A model generated the notes under the pieces. That model saw only the letters and a program-made list of their open reading frames with translations, made no database searches and was not told the origin of the DNA. Shown here one piece after another: positions 56,200 through 63,675 of a DNA stretch of 64,000 nt. How positions within the stretch are numbered: the first letter of the stretch is position 1; every line of letters begins with the position of its first letter. The DNA comes from a virus: the IMG/VR virus record IMGVR_UViG_3300045988_153198. One strand, given 5' to 3'. Both the position numbers and the translations under genes were made by a program.

Positions 56200-56282
56200 T
56201 GCTGGTGACGAGATTTGAACTCGTACTGCTATATGCAATTGGGGCTTAAACCCAATGTGTCTGCCAATTCCACCACACCAGC
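56200..56282 (-). tRNA. tRNA-Leu: tRNA-Leu(UAA), class II
   Basis: Acceptor GCTGGTG/CACCAGC, anticodon stem TTGGG/CCCAA, loop UUUAAGC, long variable arm, T arm ACGAG-TTCAAAT-CTCGT. Confidence 0.8.
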
Positions 56283-56287
56283 AAATT

Positions 56288-56367
56288 AGTGAAAGAGAGG
56301 ATTTGAACCTCTACCTTCCGTTGTCTTATTCATAAATTCGGATATTCTACTTTTAAAATACTTTCAC
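56288..56367 (-). ncRNA. tRNA-like element with non-canonical core (possible pseudo-tRNA)
   Basis: Perfect acceptor GTGAAAG/CTTTCAC and T arm AGAGG-TTCAAAT-CCTCT. The 48 nt between them gave me no 5-7-5 anticodon arm or normal D arm. Confidence 0.35.
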
Positions 56368-56373
56368 TATAAG

Positions 56374-56454
56374 TGGGAGAGGTAGGACTTGAACCTACAA
56401 TGCCGAAGCCACGATTTTACAGACCGCTGCAATACCAATTCTGCTCACTCGCCC
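56374..56454 (-). tRNA. tRNA-Tyr: tRNA-Tyr(GUA), class II
   Basis: Acceptor GGGCGAG/CTCTCCC (one C:U mismatch), anticodon loop CUGUAAA, variable arm GGCTTCGGCATT. Confidence 0.75.
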
Positions 56455-56459
56455 ATAAA

Positions 56460-56531
56460 CAGGAAGTTAAGGATTCGAACCCTAATCTTACAGTTTTGGA
56501 GACTGTTGTGTTTCCATTACACCAACTTCCT
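56460..56531 (-). tRNA. tRNA-Trp: tRNA-Trp(CCA)
   Basis: Acceptor AGGAAGT/ACTTCCT, D arm GTGT..ACAC, anticodon stem ACAGT/ACTGT, loop CUCCAAA. Confidence 0.8.
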
Positions 56532-56536
56532 ATAAG

Positions 56537-56609
56537 CTCCCCCAACAGGACTTGAACCTGTGACATTCTGATTAACAGTCAGACGCTCTACCAACTGAGC
56601 TATAAGGGA
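56537..56609 (-). tRNA. tRNA-Asn: tRNA-Asn(GUU)
   Basis: D arm GCTC-AGTTGGTA-GAGC, anticodon stem TCTGA/TCAGA, loop CUGUUAA. Confidence 0.8.
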
Positions 56610-56658
56610 ATAATTAGAATGAAAACATCCAACTTTTATTGAACTACATTCTAATAAG

Positions 56659-56730
56659 CGACTCTATTGGGAATCGAACCCAAATCTTCCGAGAGACAGT
56701 CGGATATAATTGCCTTTATACCATAGAGCC
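56659..56730 (-). tRNA. tRNA-Asp: tRNA-Asp(GUC)
   Basis: Acceptor GGCTCTA/TAGAGTC, anticodon stem TCCGA/TCGGA, loop CUGUCUC, T arm TTGGG-TTCGATT-CCCAA. Confidence 0.75.
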
Positions 56731-56841
56731 AAAGTCGGGTGTATGTACACCCTCATTAAGAAAGGTTAAATATGAATGTAAGAAGTAACCACAAGAATCA
56801 ACAGGTGGTTTTATATAAACAGTTTAACTGCTTATAACAAA

Positions 56842-57156
56842 TTAAGAATTAATCTTTTCCTGATAATTGCGTGTAATATTAGCTTTCACTTTAATATGTT
56901 CCGCAACAGTAATGTTCTTTCCAGTAAGGTTATTTTTCTTAACCTTCTCAGGAACATGAGAACTTTCAAGAGTAATTCCTTCAAATAATTTTACTGAAAC
57001 ATCTGTCTCAGGTGTAGCATAAGCAAGTGCTTCAACTACAGTATCTTCTAAAGAGTTATATATAGAACGTACAAGAGCAATATCTTTATGCTCTGCATCC
57101 GCAATACGCTTAATAAGACGTTCTTTTGTGAACTTTTCTTTATTAACTGTACCCAT
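56842..57156 (-). CDS. HU/IHF-family DNA-binding protein (104 aa)
   Basis: FTKERLIKRIA...VKLFEGITLESSHVPEKVKKNNLTGKNITVAEHIKVKANITRNYQEKI follows the HU fold pattern (helical N-terminus, beta-arm, C-terminal strand). GGAGG RBS. Confidence 0.65.
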   Translation of the reverse strand: MGTVNKEKFTKERLIKRIADAEHKDIALVRSIYNSLEDTVVEALAYATPETDVSVKLFEGITLESSHVPEKVKKNNLTGKNITVAEHIKVKANITRNYQEKINS

Positions 57157-57250
57157 TGGTATAACCTCCTTCTTACTTAAATTTCATGGGAATTTTTTAA
57201 AACTACACAAATTAGCTTGTTTTCCCCCTAATGAACATTTCAAAAAATTT

Positions 57251-57275
57251 AAAAGCCCTTAAAACAAGGGCTTTT
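57251..57275. terminator. hairpin terminator after the RNA polymerase gene
   Basis: Stem AAAAGCCCTT/AAGGGCTTTT with a 5-nt loop. A/T runs on both sides make it potentially bidirectional. Confidence 0.7.
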
Positions 57276-57292
57276 AAAAATTCTTAATTTTG

Positions 57293-57309
57293 GCATATAA
57301 CCTTAATTG
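57293..57309 (-). promoter_or_regulatory. conserved 17-nt motif, copy d (CAATTAAGGTTATATGC)
   Basis: Lies 8 nt after the RNAP stop codon and upstream of the 57251-57275 hairpin. Confidence 0.6.
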
Positions 57310-57317
57310 TAAGAGTT

Positions 57318-60167
57318 TTATAAAATTTTTTGACCCGACTTCATTTTGTTTCTTCTTGCTCTTTGAGTCTCTAATTTACGATTTTTTCTATATTCTTCAT
57401 AACAATCTGGACATCTGCAAGTATTATTATTTTTTGTCAACACATCAAACCATTCTCCGCAATCTACACACTGAATACTTTTATGATTATTTTTACATCC
57501 ATTTTCTTTTATATTTTCATAAATGATATTTCCATAACATAACCATAATGCAACTTTGTGTTTACTTTTCTTAATTCCGTATAAATATTTTACAAGTATA
57601 TCGGCTATTTCTGATTCACTATATCCAAATTCAGACAAAGCTGTTTTTATTTCATTTGAAATATTTTTATATAATAAATCCTGTACTATTTGAGAATGTT
57701 TCATTAAATCAGGAGAAAGATTTTCTTTATAATTTAGATTGATTTGAAAATGATGTTTGCTACTCAACTCACAATATTTTACAATCAAGGGGTCAGTCTT
57801 TTCCTTTATTAATTTTCCTCTATCAGTAAAATCAACACGACATTCAATATCGGGATTGTGCATAAGCAACTTATAATCTATAGCTCCTAATTTTAATGAC
57901 CTACAATTAATTCTCGGATTGGGGATAATGCTATTTAGCTTGTTTACAAAACTTGCATTTATATTTGAAACCTGTACTTCATCCTTATCTTTTGCATATT
58001 TGAAAAAATGAGGAACATTCTCTTTGGTGTGAGCAATGATTTTTTCATGAACATCTTTTGGACGTTGCGGTTTATATAAAGTTTTCGCATAATCAATGAC
58101 AAAGTTATTTTCCATACAAAGTAGTTTAACAAGGTCAATAGCTTCTTGTTTTTCCTCTGGTGTTCCTGAAATAAATACTTCACTGTTCCAAATTTTAGAA
58201 ATATTATTACTATACAATCCAATATTTCCACCTGTAAAAGCAGCCACCAATCCATTATAAATATTCTCAGATGTTAGAAGAGTGGGGGATGCTTTTCGCA
58301 TATTGTAATACAAAGGAACAATCCCTTTCATATTTCTTTCTGCGACTTCAATAAATTTCCTGTCAGACACCACAAGAGACTTATCTCCATCTACATCAAA
58401 CTGAAGAATTTTACTAATTAAGTCATGGCAACTGGTATAAATGGCATCAGTATCAAACCATTCTCTTATAAGTTTTTGACGTTCATTTTTACAATACGCA
58501 ATATTTTTTCTTATTGCGTGTTCTTTGTAAAGATGAGGAGAACGTAAACAATCCAACTTATCCGATTTTCTAAACAACCAACAAAATACTTCTTGGTCAG
58601 CCAATAATCCTTCAGGGTCTTTTATTCCCTGAAACCAATATTGACAAGCTGCATAAAAATCAGGAAGTAAAAAAGTATATTTTCCATAAATCTGTAATTT
58701 TCCAGACTTATACTGTTTTATCATGCTATCTTTAGTATTCCTCAGTTGTGTTTTTACATATTCGTCATTCAATAGGTCAGGATATAACTCTACAGACTTT
58801 TGAAACGAATTTTTATGTAAATTATAAGGGGTAATACCAAATGCATCTTTAATGTTCTCAACAGAAGAACAAAGATTTTGCAATTTATTGATAGATGGTT
58901 TTGCAATTTCCAATATCTCCTCATCAGTAATATCAGTTAATGTCTGAAGCATTTGATAATTGATTTTTGCATTTCTTATTCTATCCTCTTCAAGATTAGT
59001 ATATCCAGCAGTACAATGATATTTTTTATAATACTCTTTGTATTGCTCCCATGAATCATAATACTTCCACATCTTAAATTGTGATTTTGTAAATATGATT
59101 TCAATGCCTTCTGTGATAATATCATGTTCTTTTCCATAAATGTCCTTGATGATAGAAGAACAACCATTAACTTCTATAAAATGAACATAATCAAATTTTC
59201 CAAGTAGTCCTTTTACCCAAGGTAGGCGAACCATTCTGTTTTTACCCATATGAGGTAACATCATTCCAGCTCCATCGGTATGAGTAATTGGCACATAATC
59301 TGATACACGCTTGATAGAATAGTCTGCATCATCTACCAAGTCATATGTTCCAAACACATTTGTCTCAAAATCATCAATAACAATCGTCTTGTCAATATCA
59401 AATTCTTCCCATGCATCTGTAGCAGAGTTAGTTAATGCGGTGTATGCCAAATGCTTATTAGGATTATTACCACCTTTTGAATTAATGACATCTATTGTTA
59501 GTCCACACATAATTGTTTTTTCATATTTTTTCCATGTTGATTCTTTAATGAATACAGTTTTCTTTGTTCGAATTTGACCAGCAGAAGAAGTAAAGTAAAT
59601 ATACTTTTCTCCTTTATATGTAAATCCGTAATATATTAAATCTTTGATTATATCAAAATAATATACCTGAACAACCATAAAATCTTCTGACAGTTCATTA
59701 GGTTGTGCGTGTATCATTCTTGTAAAAGAAGAATCAAACACAGAAATTATTTTTTTATCAGAAACATCATTTTCCTTTAATTCACGAATATGATGCTTTC
59801 CATCAGAAACAATATTTGCATTGACTTTATTTTCCAGAAGTTGCAAAAGAGTATCTTTGCTGTACTTGATTTTTCTGTTTTTCATGGCAATTAATTCTTT
59901 AAGGTTGACATATTCATTTCCAAGAGATTGAATACGTTCTGTATCTTCGCCCCAACTTGAATAATCATATTCAGATTTTAACATTGTATCCAAATCACTT
60001 TGCTCAATTCCGTATTTAAAAAGTTCACTGGCTATATCTTTTGATTTTTGCACCAAAGCATTTCTTTCGGAACGCAATTTGTGATTTAACCAGTGTAGAT
60101 GAGCTTCGTGATTACTATAAAAGTTACCTGTATCCACACTATATATATTGATTTGAGTATCTAACAT
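57318..60167 (-). CDS. single-chain two-barrel RNA polymerase of the YonO / cellular-RdRP family (949 aa)
   Basis: Ordered motifs YFTSSAGQIRTKK, THTDGAGMM, RLPWVKGLLG, CLRSPHLYKEH and FDVDGDKSLVV (DxDGD encoded at 58383-58397). C-terminal CVDC...CPDC zinc ribbon and basic tail. Confidence 0.7.
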   Translation of the reverse strand: MLDTQINIYSVDTGNFYSNHEAHLHWLNHKLRSERNALVQKSKDIASELFKYGIEQSDLDTMLKSEYDYSSWGEDTERIQSLGNEYVNLKELIAMKNRKIKYSKDTLLQLLENKVNANIVSDGKHHIRELKENDVSDKKIISVFDSSFTRMIHAQPNELSEDFMVVQVYYFDIIKDLIYYGFTYKGEKYIYFTSSAGQIRTKKTVFIKESTWKKYEKTIMCGLTIDVINSKGGNNPNKHLAYTALTNSATDAWEEFDIDKTIVIDDFETNVFGTYDLVDDADYSIKRVSDYVPITHTDGAGMMLPHMGKNRMVRLPWVKGLLGKFDYVHFIEVNGCSSIIKDIYGKEHDIITEGIEIIFTKSQFKMWKYYDSWEQYKEYYKKYHCTAGYTNLEEDRIRNAKINYQMLQTLTDITDEEILEIAKPSINKLQNLCSSVENIKDAFGITPYNLHKNSFQKSVELYPDLLNDEYVKTQLRNTKDSMIKQYKSGKLQIYGKYTFLLPDFYAACQYWFQGIKDPEGLLADQEVFCWLFRKSDKLDCLRSPHLYKEHAIRKNIAYCKNERQKLIREWFDTDAIYTSCHDLISKILQFDVDGDKSLVVSDRKFIEVAERNMKGIVPLYYNMRKASPTLLTSENIYNGLVAAFTGGNIGLYSNNISKIWNSEVFISGTPEEKQEAIDLVKLLCMENNFVIDYAKTLYKPQRPKDVHEKIIAHTKENVPHFFKYAKDKDEVQVSNINASFVNKLNSIIPNPRINCRSLKLGAIDYKLLMHNPDIECRVDFTDRGKLIKEKTDPLIVKYCELSSKHHFQINLNYKENLSPDLMKHSQIVQDLLYKNISNEIKTALSEFGYSESEIADILVKYLYGIKKSKHKVALWLCYGNIIYENIKENGCKNNHKSIQCVDCGEWFDVLTKNNNTCRCPDCYEEYRKNRKLETQRARRNKMKSGQKIL

Positions 60168-60190
60168 AATTTCACCTTTCTTGCTATTAA

Positions 60191-60207
60191 GCGTATAACC
60201 TTAATAG
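60191..60207 (-). promoter_or_regulatory. conserved 17-nt motif, copy a (CTATTAAGGTTATACGC)
   Basis: Lies between the stop of 60212..60394 and the RNAP start. Here it forms an 8-bp hairpin CTATTAAG-gttatacg-CTTAATAG. Confidence 0.6.
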
Positions 60208-60211
60208 TTAA

Positions 60212-60394
60212 TTATAATTCATACATTTCTTCCTCTTCACACATATCATTATAATCTTGTGCAAATTCTTCATAACTATCTCCATCAGTATTCAACACAC
60301 CAGAACGAAAAGTGCGTTTATCTTCTGGAGGGTAAAAATCTCGTTCTGATAATTCATAATAACTATCAGAAATTTTATTTGCTAAAGTATCCAC
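60212..60394 (-). CDS. small acidic protein (60 aa)
   Basis: GTG start 8 nt after AAAGGAG, and 3 nt after the upstream stop codon. Confidence 0.45.
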   Translation of the reverse strand: MDTLANKISDSYYELSERDFYPPEDKRTFRSGVLNTDGDSYEEFAQDYNDMCEEEEMYEL

Positions 60395-60397
60395 ATT

Positions 60398-61282
60398 CTA
60401 ATCTCCTTTGATTCCAATTTTTTGTTTTTTATTTGCTATTTCAGTAATCCAGTATGATTCTGAATCAGTGAGTAGATAATCACGCTCTCGTTTATAGGAA
60501 TTACAAAATATAGTATGATTGGTTTTCCATTTTACTTTTCCATCGTCAGTTATATATTTTGTTCTTCCAATTTCCTCAAACTGAATCAAATGTAATTCAT
60601 CCCTGAGACAATTTACAATTTTTCCAAATGTGCGTACAGACACTCCCAATTCTTCAGCCATATCTTTATAATAATCATTATAAGCTTCAGGAAATTGTAT
60701 TTGCTTTTCCAGAATATCTTCATCTAATCTATACTGATTAGACCTTCGCATAATCGACATTCGTAAATAAGCAAATACCAACAATAACGAAAAACTGTTT
60801 AAATACACATCTTTAGGATTACCCTGATAATTCATAATAGCTTTTATCTCGTCAAGATAAATAATAGCAAATCTATTATGATTATTTTCTTGTGCAGCAC
60901 TAACTGTGTCAAAAGAAGCTTCTACAAATTGTTCCCAAATAGGAGCAGTACCTTTACTTGTTTTCGTAAACACATCTTCTGGATATGTTAAATACCCCAA
61001 GTCTTTCAAGTCACTAATTACACCAAGTAATTTATCATTGATACGTCCTTTATTCCTGTTGGGCTTTTTATTGAACCAATGTATCATTGCATTGATTGAA
61101 AAATATAAACAACTGTCTAATCCTCTTCGAAACATAAAAAATGAATAAGCTGCAACACGCATGACATCCATATCCTTGTTTAAGATAATAGAAGATGGGA
61201 TAGTAATATACTTCCCAGCATCCCCTGTTAATTGCACAGGTATGTATTCACTTTTTGTTTCAGCAATGTTAATCACCTCCAA
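60398..61282 (-). CDS. hypothetical protein, possible replication initiator/DNA-binding protein (294 aa)
   Basis: First gene downstream of the operator/iteron region. The start codon is uncertain (TTG 61282 or GTG 61276). No motif-level identification. Confidence 0.35.
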   Translation of the reverse strand: MEVINIAETKSEYIPVQLTGDAGKYITIPSSIILNKDMDVMRVAAYSFFMFRRGLDSCLYFSINAMIHWFNKKPNRNKGRINDKLLGVISDLKDLGYLTYPEDVFTKTSKGTAPIWEQFVEASFDTVSAAQENNHNRFAIIYLDEIKAIMNYQGNPKDVYLNSFSLLLVFAYLRMSIMRRSNQYRLDEDILEKQIQFPEAYNDYYKDMAEELGVSVRTFGKIVNCLRDELHLIQFEEIGRTKYITDDGKVKWKTNHTIFCNSYKRERDYLLTDSESYWITEIANKKQKIGIKGD

Positions 61283-61345
61283 TCGCCAAGAAAGATAATA
61301 TATTTCACTATCAAATAATCACATTGTAGGTAAAACGCAATAGCT

Positions 61346-61362
61346 GGTACAAATCTTGTACC
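61346..61362. promoter_or_regulatory. operator-like palindrome O1 (GGTACAA-ATC-TTGTACC)
   Basis: Perfect 7-3-7 inverted repeat. The 18-mer AGCTGGTACAAATCTTGT recurs at 61385-61402. Confidence 0.65.
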
Positions 61363-61388
61363 TGCTTTTTCTCAAGGTATGAAAAGCT

Positions 61389-61405
61389 GGTACAAATCTT
61401 GTCAC
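61389..61405. promoter_or_regulatory. operator-like site O2 (GGTACAAATCTTGTCAC)
   Basis: Second copy, with two changes in the right arm. A looser third copy, GGTCAAAAATCTTGTTGCC, lies at 61475-61493. Confidence 0.55.
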
Positions 61406-61519
61406 GTTTTTGCAGTTCTAAACATATAAGATACCTATTACAATAAGAATAGTTATCTCTCTGGCGAGAGATGAGGTCAAAAATCTTGTTGCCATGTGAC
61501 ATTAAAAGTGATGCCTAAA

Positions 61520-61557
61520 ATTATTATACGAGATTTTTCTCAAATTTAGGAAGTAAT
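61520..61557 (-). promoter_or_regulatory. conserved bipartite promoter-like element (copy B) reading leftward into the early operon
   Basis: Minus-sense ATTACTTCCTA-N13-TCTCGTATAATAAT. The three operator-like sites lie between it and the first gene. Confidence 0.55.
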
Positions 61558-61581
61558 CAATGTAAAGTAATCAAAGTATTT

Positions 61582-61774
61582 GATGAATAGTTAAGAATGA
61601 ATAGATACTTAACGAATAGATACTTATTGGATACTTTATGAATAACTTCGAAAATGATTGAAAATAACGGTAAAAATCATATTGCTTTATTTTGTGCAAA
61701 ATCGAATTAGACGGTAAAAATTTAGAAAGTATTAAAATTAAAGTAAAATATAAATTAACGGAAAGAATTAACGG
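61582..61774. repeat. iteron-like short direct repeats in AT-rich DNA (candidate origin)
   Basis: GAATAGATACTTA occurs twice (61599-61611 and 61614-61626). AACGGTAAAAAT / ACGGTAAAAAT occur at 61667 and 61711. ATTAACGG occurs at 61754 and 61767. Confidence 0.5.
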
Positions 61775-61860
61775 TAGAAGCAAAAATAAAGCTTTATTTT
61801 AAATACTTTTTAATAAGGATTCTGTTAAATAAAATTCTCTGGCAGAGGATTAAAATATAC

Positions 61861-62400
61861 TTGTAGTTAGAATGTAGTTGATATTGGATTGTTTCATATG
61901 ATTAATTTGAGCTATTTGAATTGGTTCTGGTAAGAGAGATAGAGGAAGAATAAAAGAGGGATAATAATATTCTGGATATTAAGTTTGGATATTTGGAACT
62001 ATTTAAGAGTGTTGAAATGGGATTAAATTAGTATTATAAATTAGGCATTTTAGATAGGATAAGATAAGAGGATATTTGTTAGGCTTGAAATAGAATGAGA
62101 TTAGATTGGTATATTGATTGTAGTGTAAATAGGTTAAATTGAATTGTAATTTGGAATATGATTCAGGAAAAACAGATGGTTTCTGATAGATAATTTGGTA
62201 AATAAGAGAGTAAGAGATGAGTTTGTACCGTTGATTGTACCGTTGTGCATAAAGATATATGTTGATATGGTAAAGGGAGAATGTTGGATTGTATGTTGAG
62301 ATAATGTTAGGTTATATGTTGATGATTTTTAGTAATTTGGGATGATTTAGAATGATTTAGAATGAAAGATAAGTGTAAAAATTTTTTTGGTTGGGAAGAG
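61861..62400. other. C-depleted, G/A/T-only block
   Basis: My manual count is about 15 C in 540 nt, against abundant G. No credible ORF. Confidence 0.85.
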
Positions 62401-62580
62401 TTTTATCAGACAGTCGGCTGCTGGTCGGCTCAAATCGAAAAATATTTGTAAAATAGCCCCCTACCCCCTTATTTTAAGGATTTAATTTTTTCAATGTGAA
62501 AGACTGTAATTTTTTCACATTCATTTTATATAAATACCCCCTCCAATAGTATAGTAAAATGTTTCATGTAGTATTCATAA

Positions 62581-63240
62581 CTATATGTATAACAAATATA
62601 GAAGTTTTCAGAAAATAATAACGATTATTATTTTATTCTTTCCAGCTCAAAAAATTTATATAGATACTTCCATAACCCCACAAATTAAACCCCTTTACAC
62701 CCTCCACCCCCTTCCAAACTTTCCAGAACTCCACCCACTCCCACATAAAAAAGCAGCTAAAACCCACAAAAAACTCCTATTTTTCCATACTTTCCCCCAC
62801 TTTTATATAAATATAATCCCATATAATACCATACAACCCCACAAATACACCCAAACAAGCCCACAAACAACTCTATAAACTCCACTTTATACCCTTATAC
62901 AGTCCACCACTCCACCCCATACCATACCCCATAAACCCAAACAATAAAGCAATTATATTTTCTTTTCTTCTTTTCTCTTTTCCTTCTTTCCAGCTCCACC
63001 CTTGAAGCCCTTTTATATCCCTTGTATGCTGCCTTATATCCCTTTTATATCATTGTACAACCTTATACACCTATACAACCCTTATTATATACCCTTATAC
63101 CCCTTTAAAAGCCTTTAAAGCCCTATACAGTCAATACAACCCCATAACCCTATATAATATACATTAAAGCAATAAAAGCCCTTTAAAGCTCAAATAAACC
63201 CCATAGAAAAGAAAAGCAGAAACAAACTATATATAATAAT
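62581..63240. other. G-depleted, C/A/T-only block (mirror of 61861-62400)
   Basis: My manual count is about 30 G in 660 nt, against abundant C. Many CC(C)TT(T)TATA(C/T) short repeats. The only ORF there is low-complexity. Confidence 0.85.
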
Positions 63241-63303
63241 CTGGAAAGAATAAAAGCAGAAAAGCAGCTCTAAAAATAAATTGAAAAAAATATAAATTTG
63301 TAG

Positions 63304-63332
63304 TTGACAACTACATAAAAGCATGATAATAT
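63304..63332 (+). promoter_or_regulatory. sigma-A-type promoter P1
   Basis: TTGACA (63304-63309), 17-nt spacer, TAATAT (63327-63332). Confidence 0.65.
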
Positions 63333-63454
63333 AAAGCTACAAACAAACAAGACAACGCAAGAAAACAAAGCGAAGTTTTGAAGCACCTTGAAAATATCAT
63401 ATAAAAGCAGTTGAAAAGTACAAAAAACTTTTTCAAAAAAGTTAAAATAACTAC

Positions 63455-63483
63455 TTGACAACTACATAAAGATATGATAGTAT
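63455..63483 (+). promoter_or_regulatory. sigma-A-type promoter P2 (duplicate of P1)
   Basis: TTGACA (63455-63460), 17-nt spacer, TAGTAT (63478-63483). The flanks TTGACAACTACATAAA..ATGATA.TATAAAG.TACAAA are shared with P1. Confidence 0.65.
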
Positions 63484-63658
63484 AAAGGTACAAAGAACAA
63501 AGCGAAGCAATCAAGCGAAGCGAAGTTGTTTGTAAAACCTTTGAACCTTGATAATTTAATAAGTGCCTGAAGTAGTCCGTATAAAGTGTGACTTGTCCAC
63601 TTTAGAAAGTAACGCTTCGGGAAAGTGAATATTCCTTTTCCTTTTATCTTTTTACTAA

Positions 63659-63675
63659 CTGATAAGGTTATACAC
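63659..63675 (+). promoter_or_regulatory. conserved 17-nt motif, copy e (CTGATAAGGTTATACAC), plus strand
   Basis: In sense orientation for the plus-strand gene at 63845. Its first 8 nt are complementary to CTTATCAG about 85 nt downstream. Confidence 0.55.

Noticed and set aside
55457-56555. ORFs 55457..55654, 55537..55821, 55598..55855 and 56373..56555
   Set aside because: They lie entirely within the tRNA array and are read-throughs of tRNA genes.
61311-63514. ORFs 61311..61502, 61571..61783, 62585..62878, 63270..63461 and 63311..63514
   Set aside because: They fall in the repeat-rich, compositionally extreme control region. They have low-complexity translations and no RBS, and they overlap operator, iteron or promoter elements.
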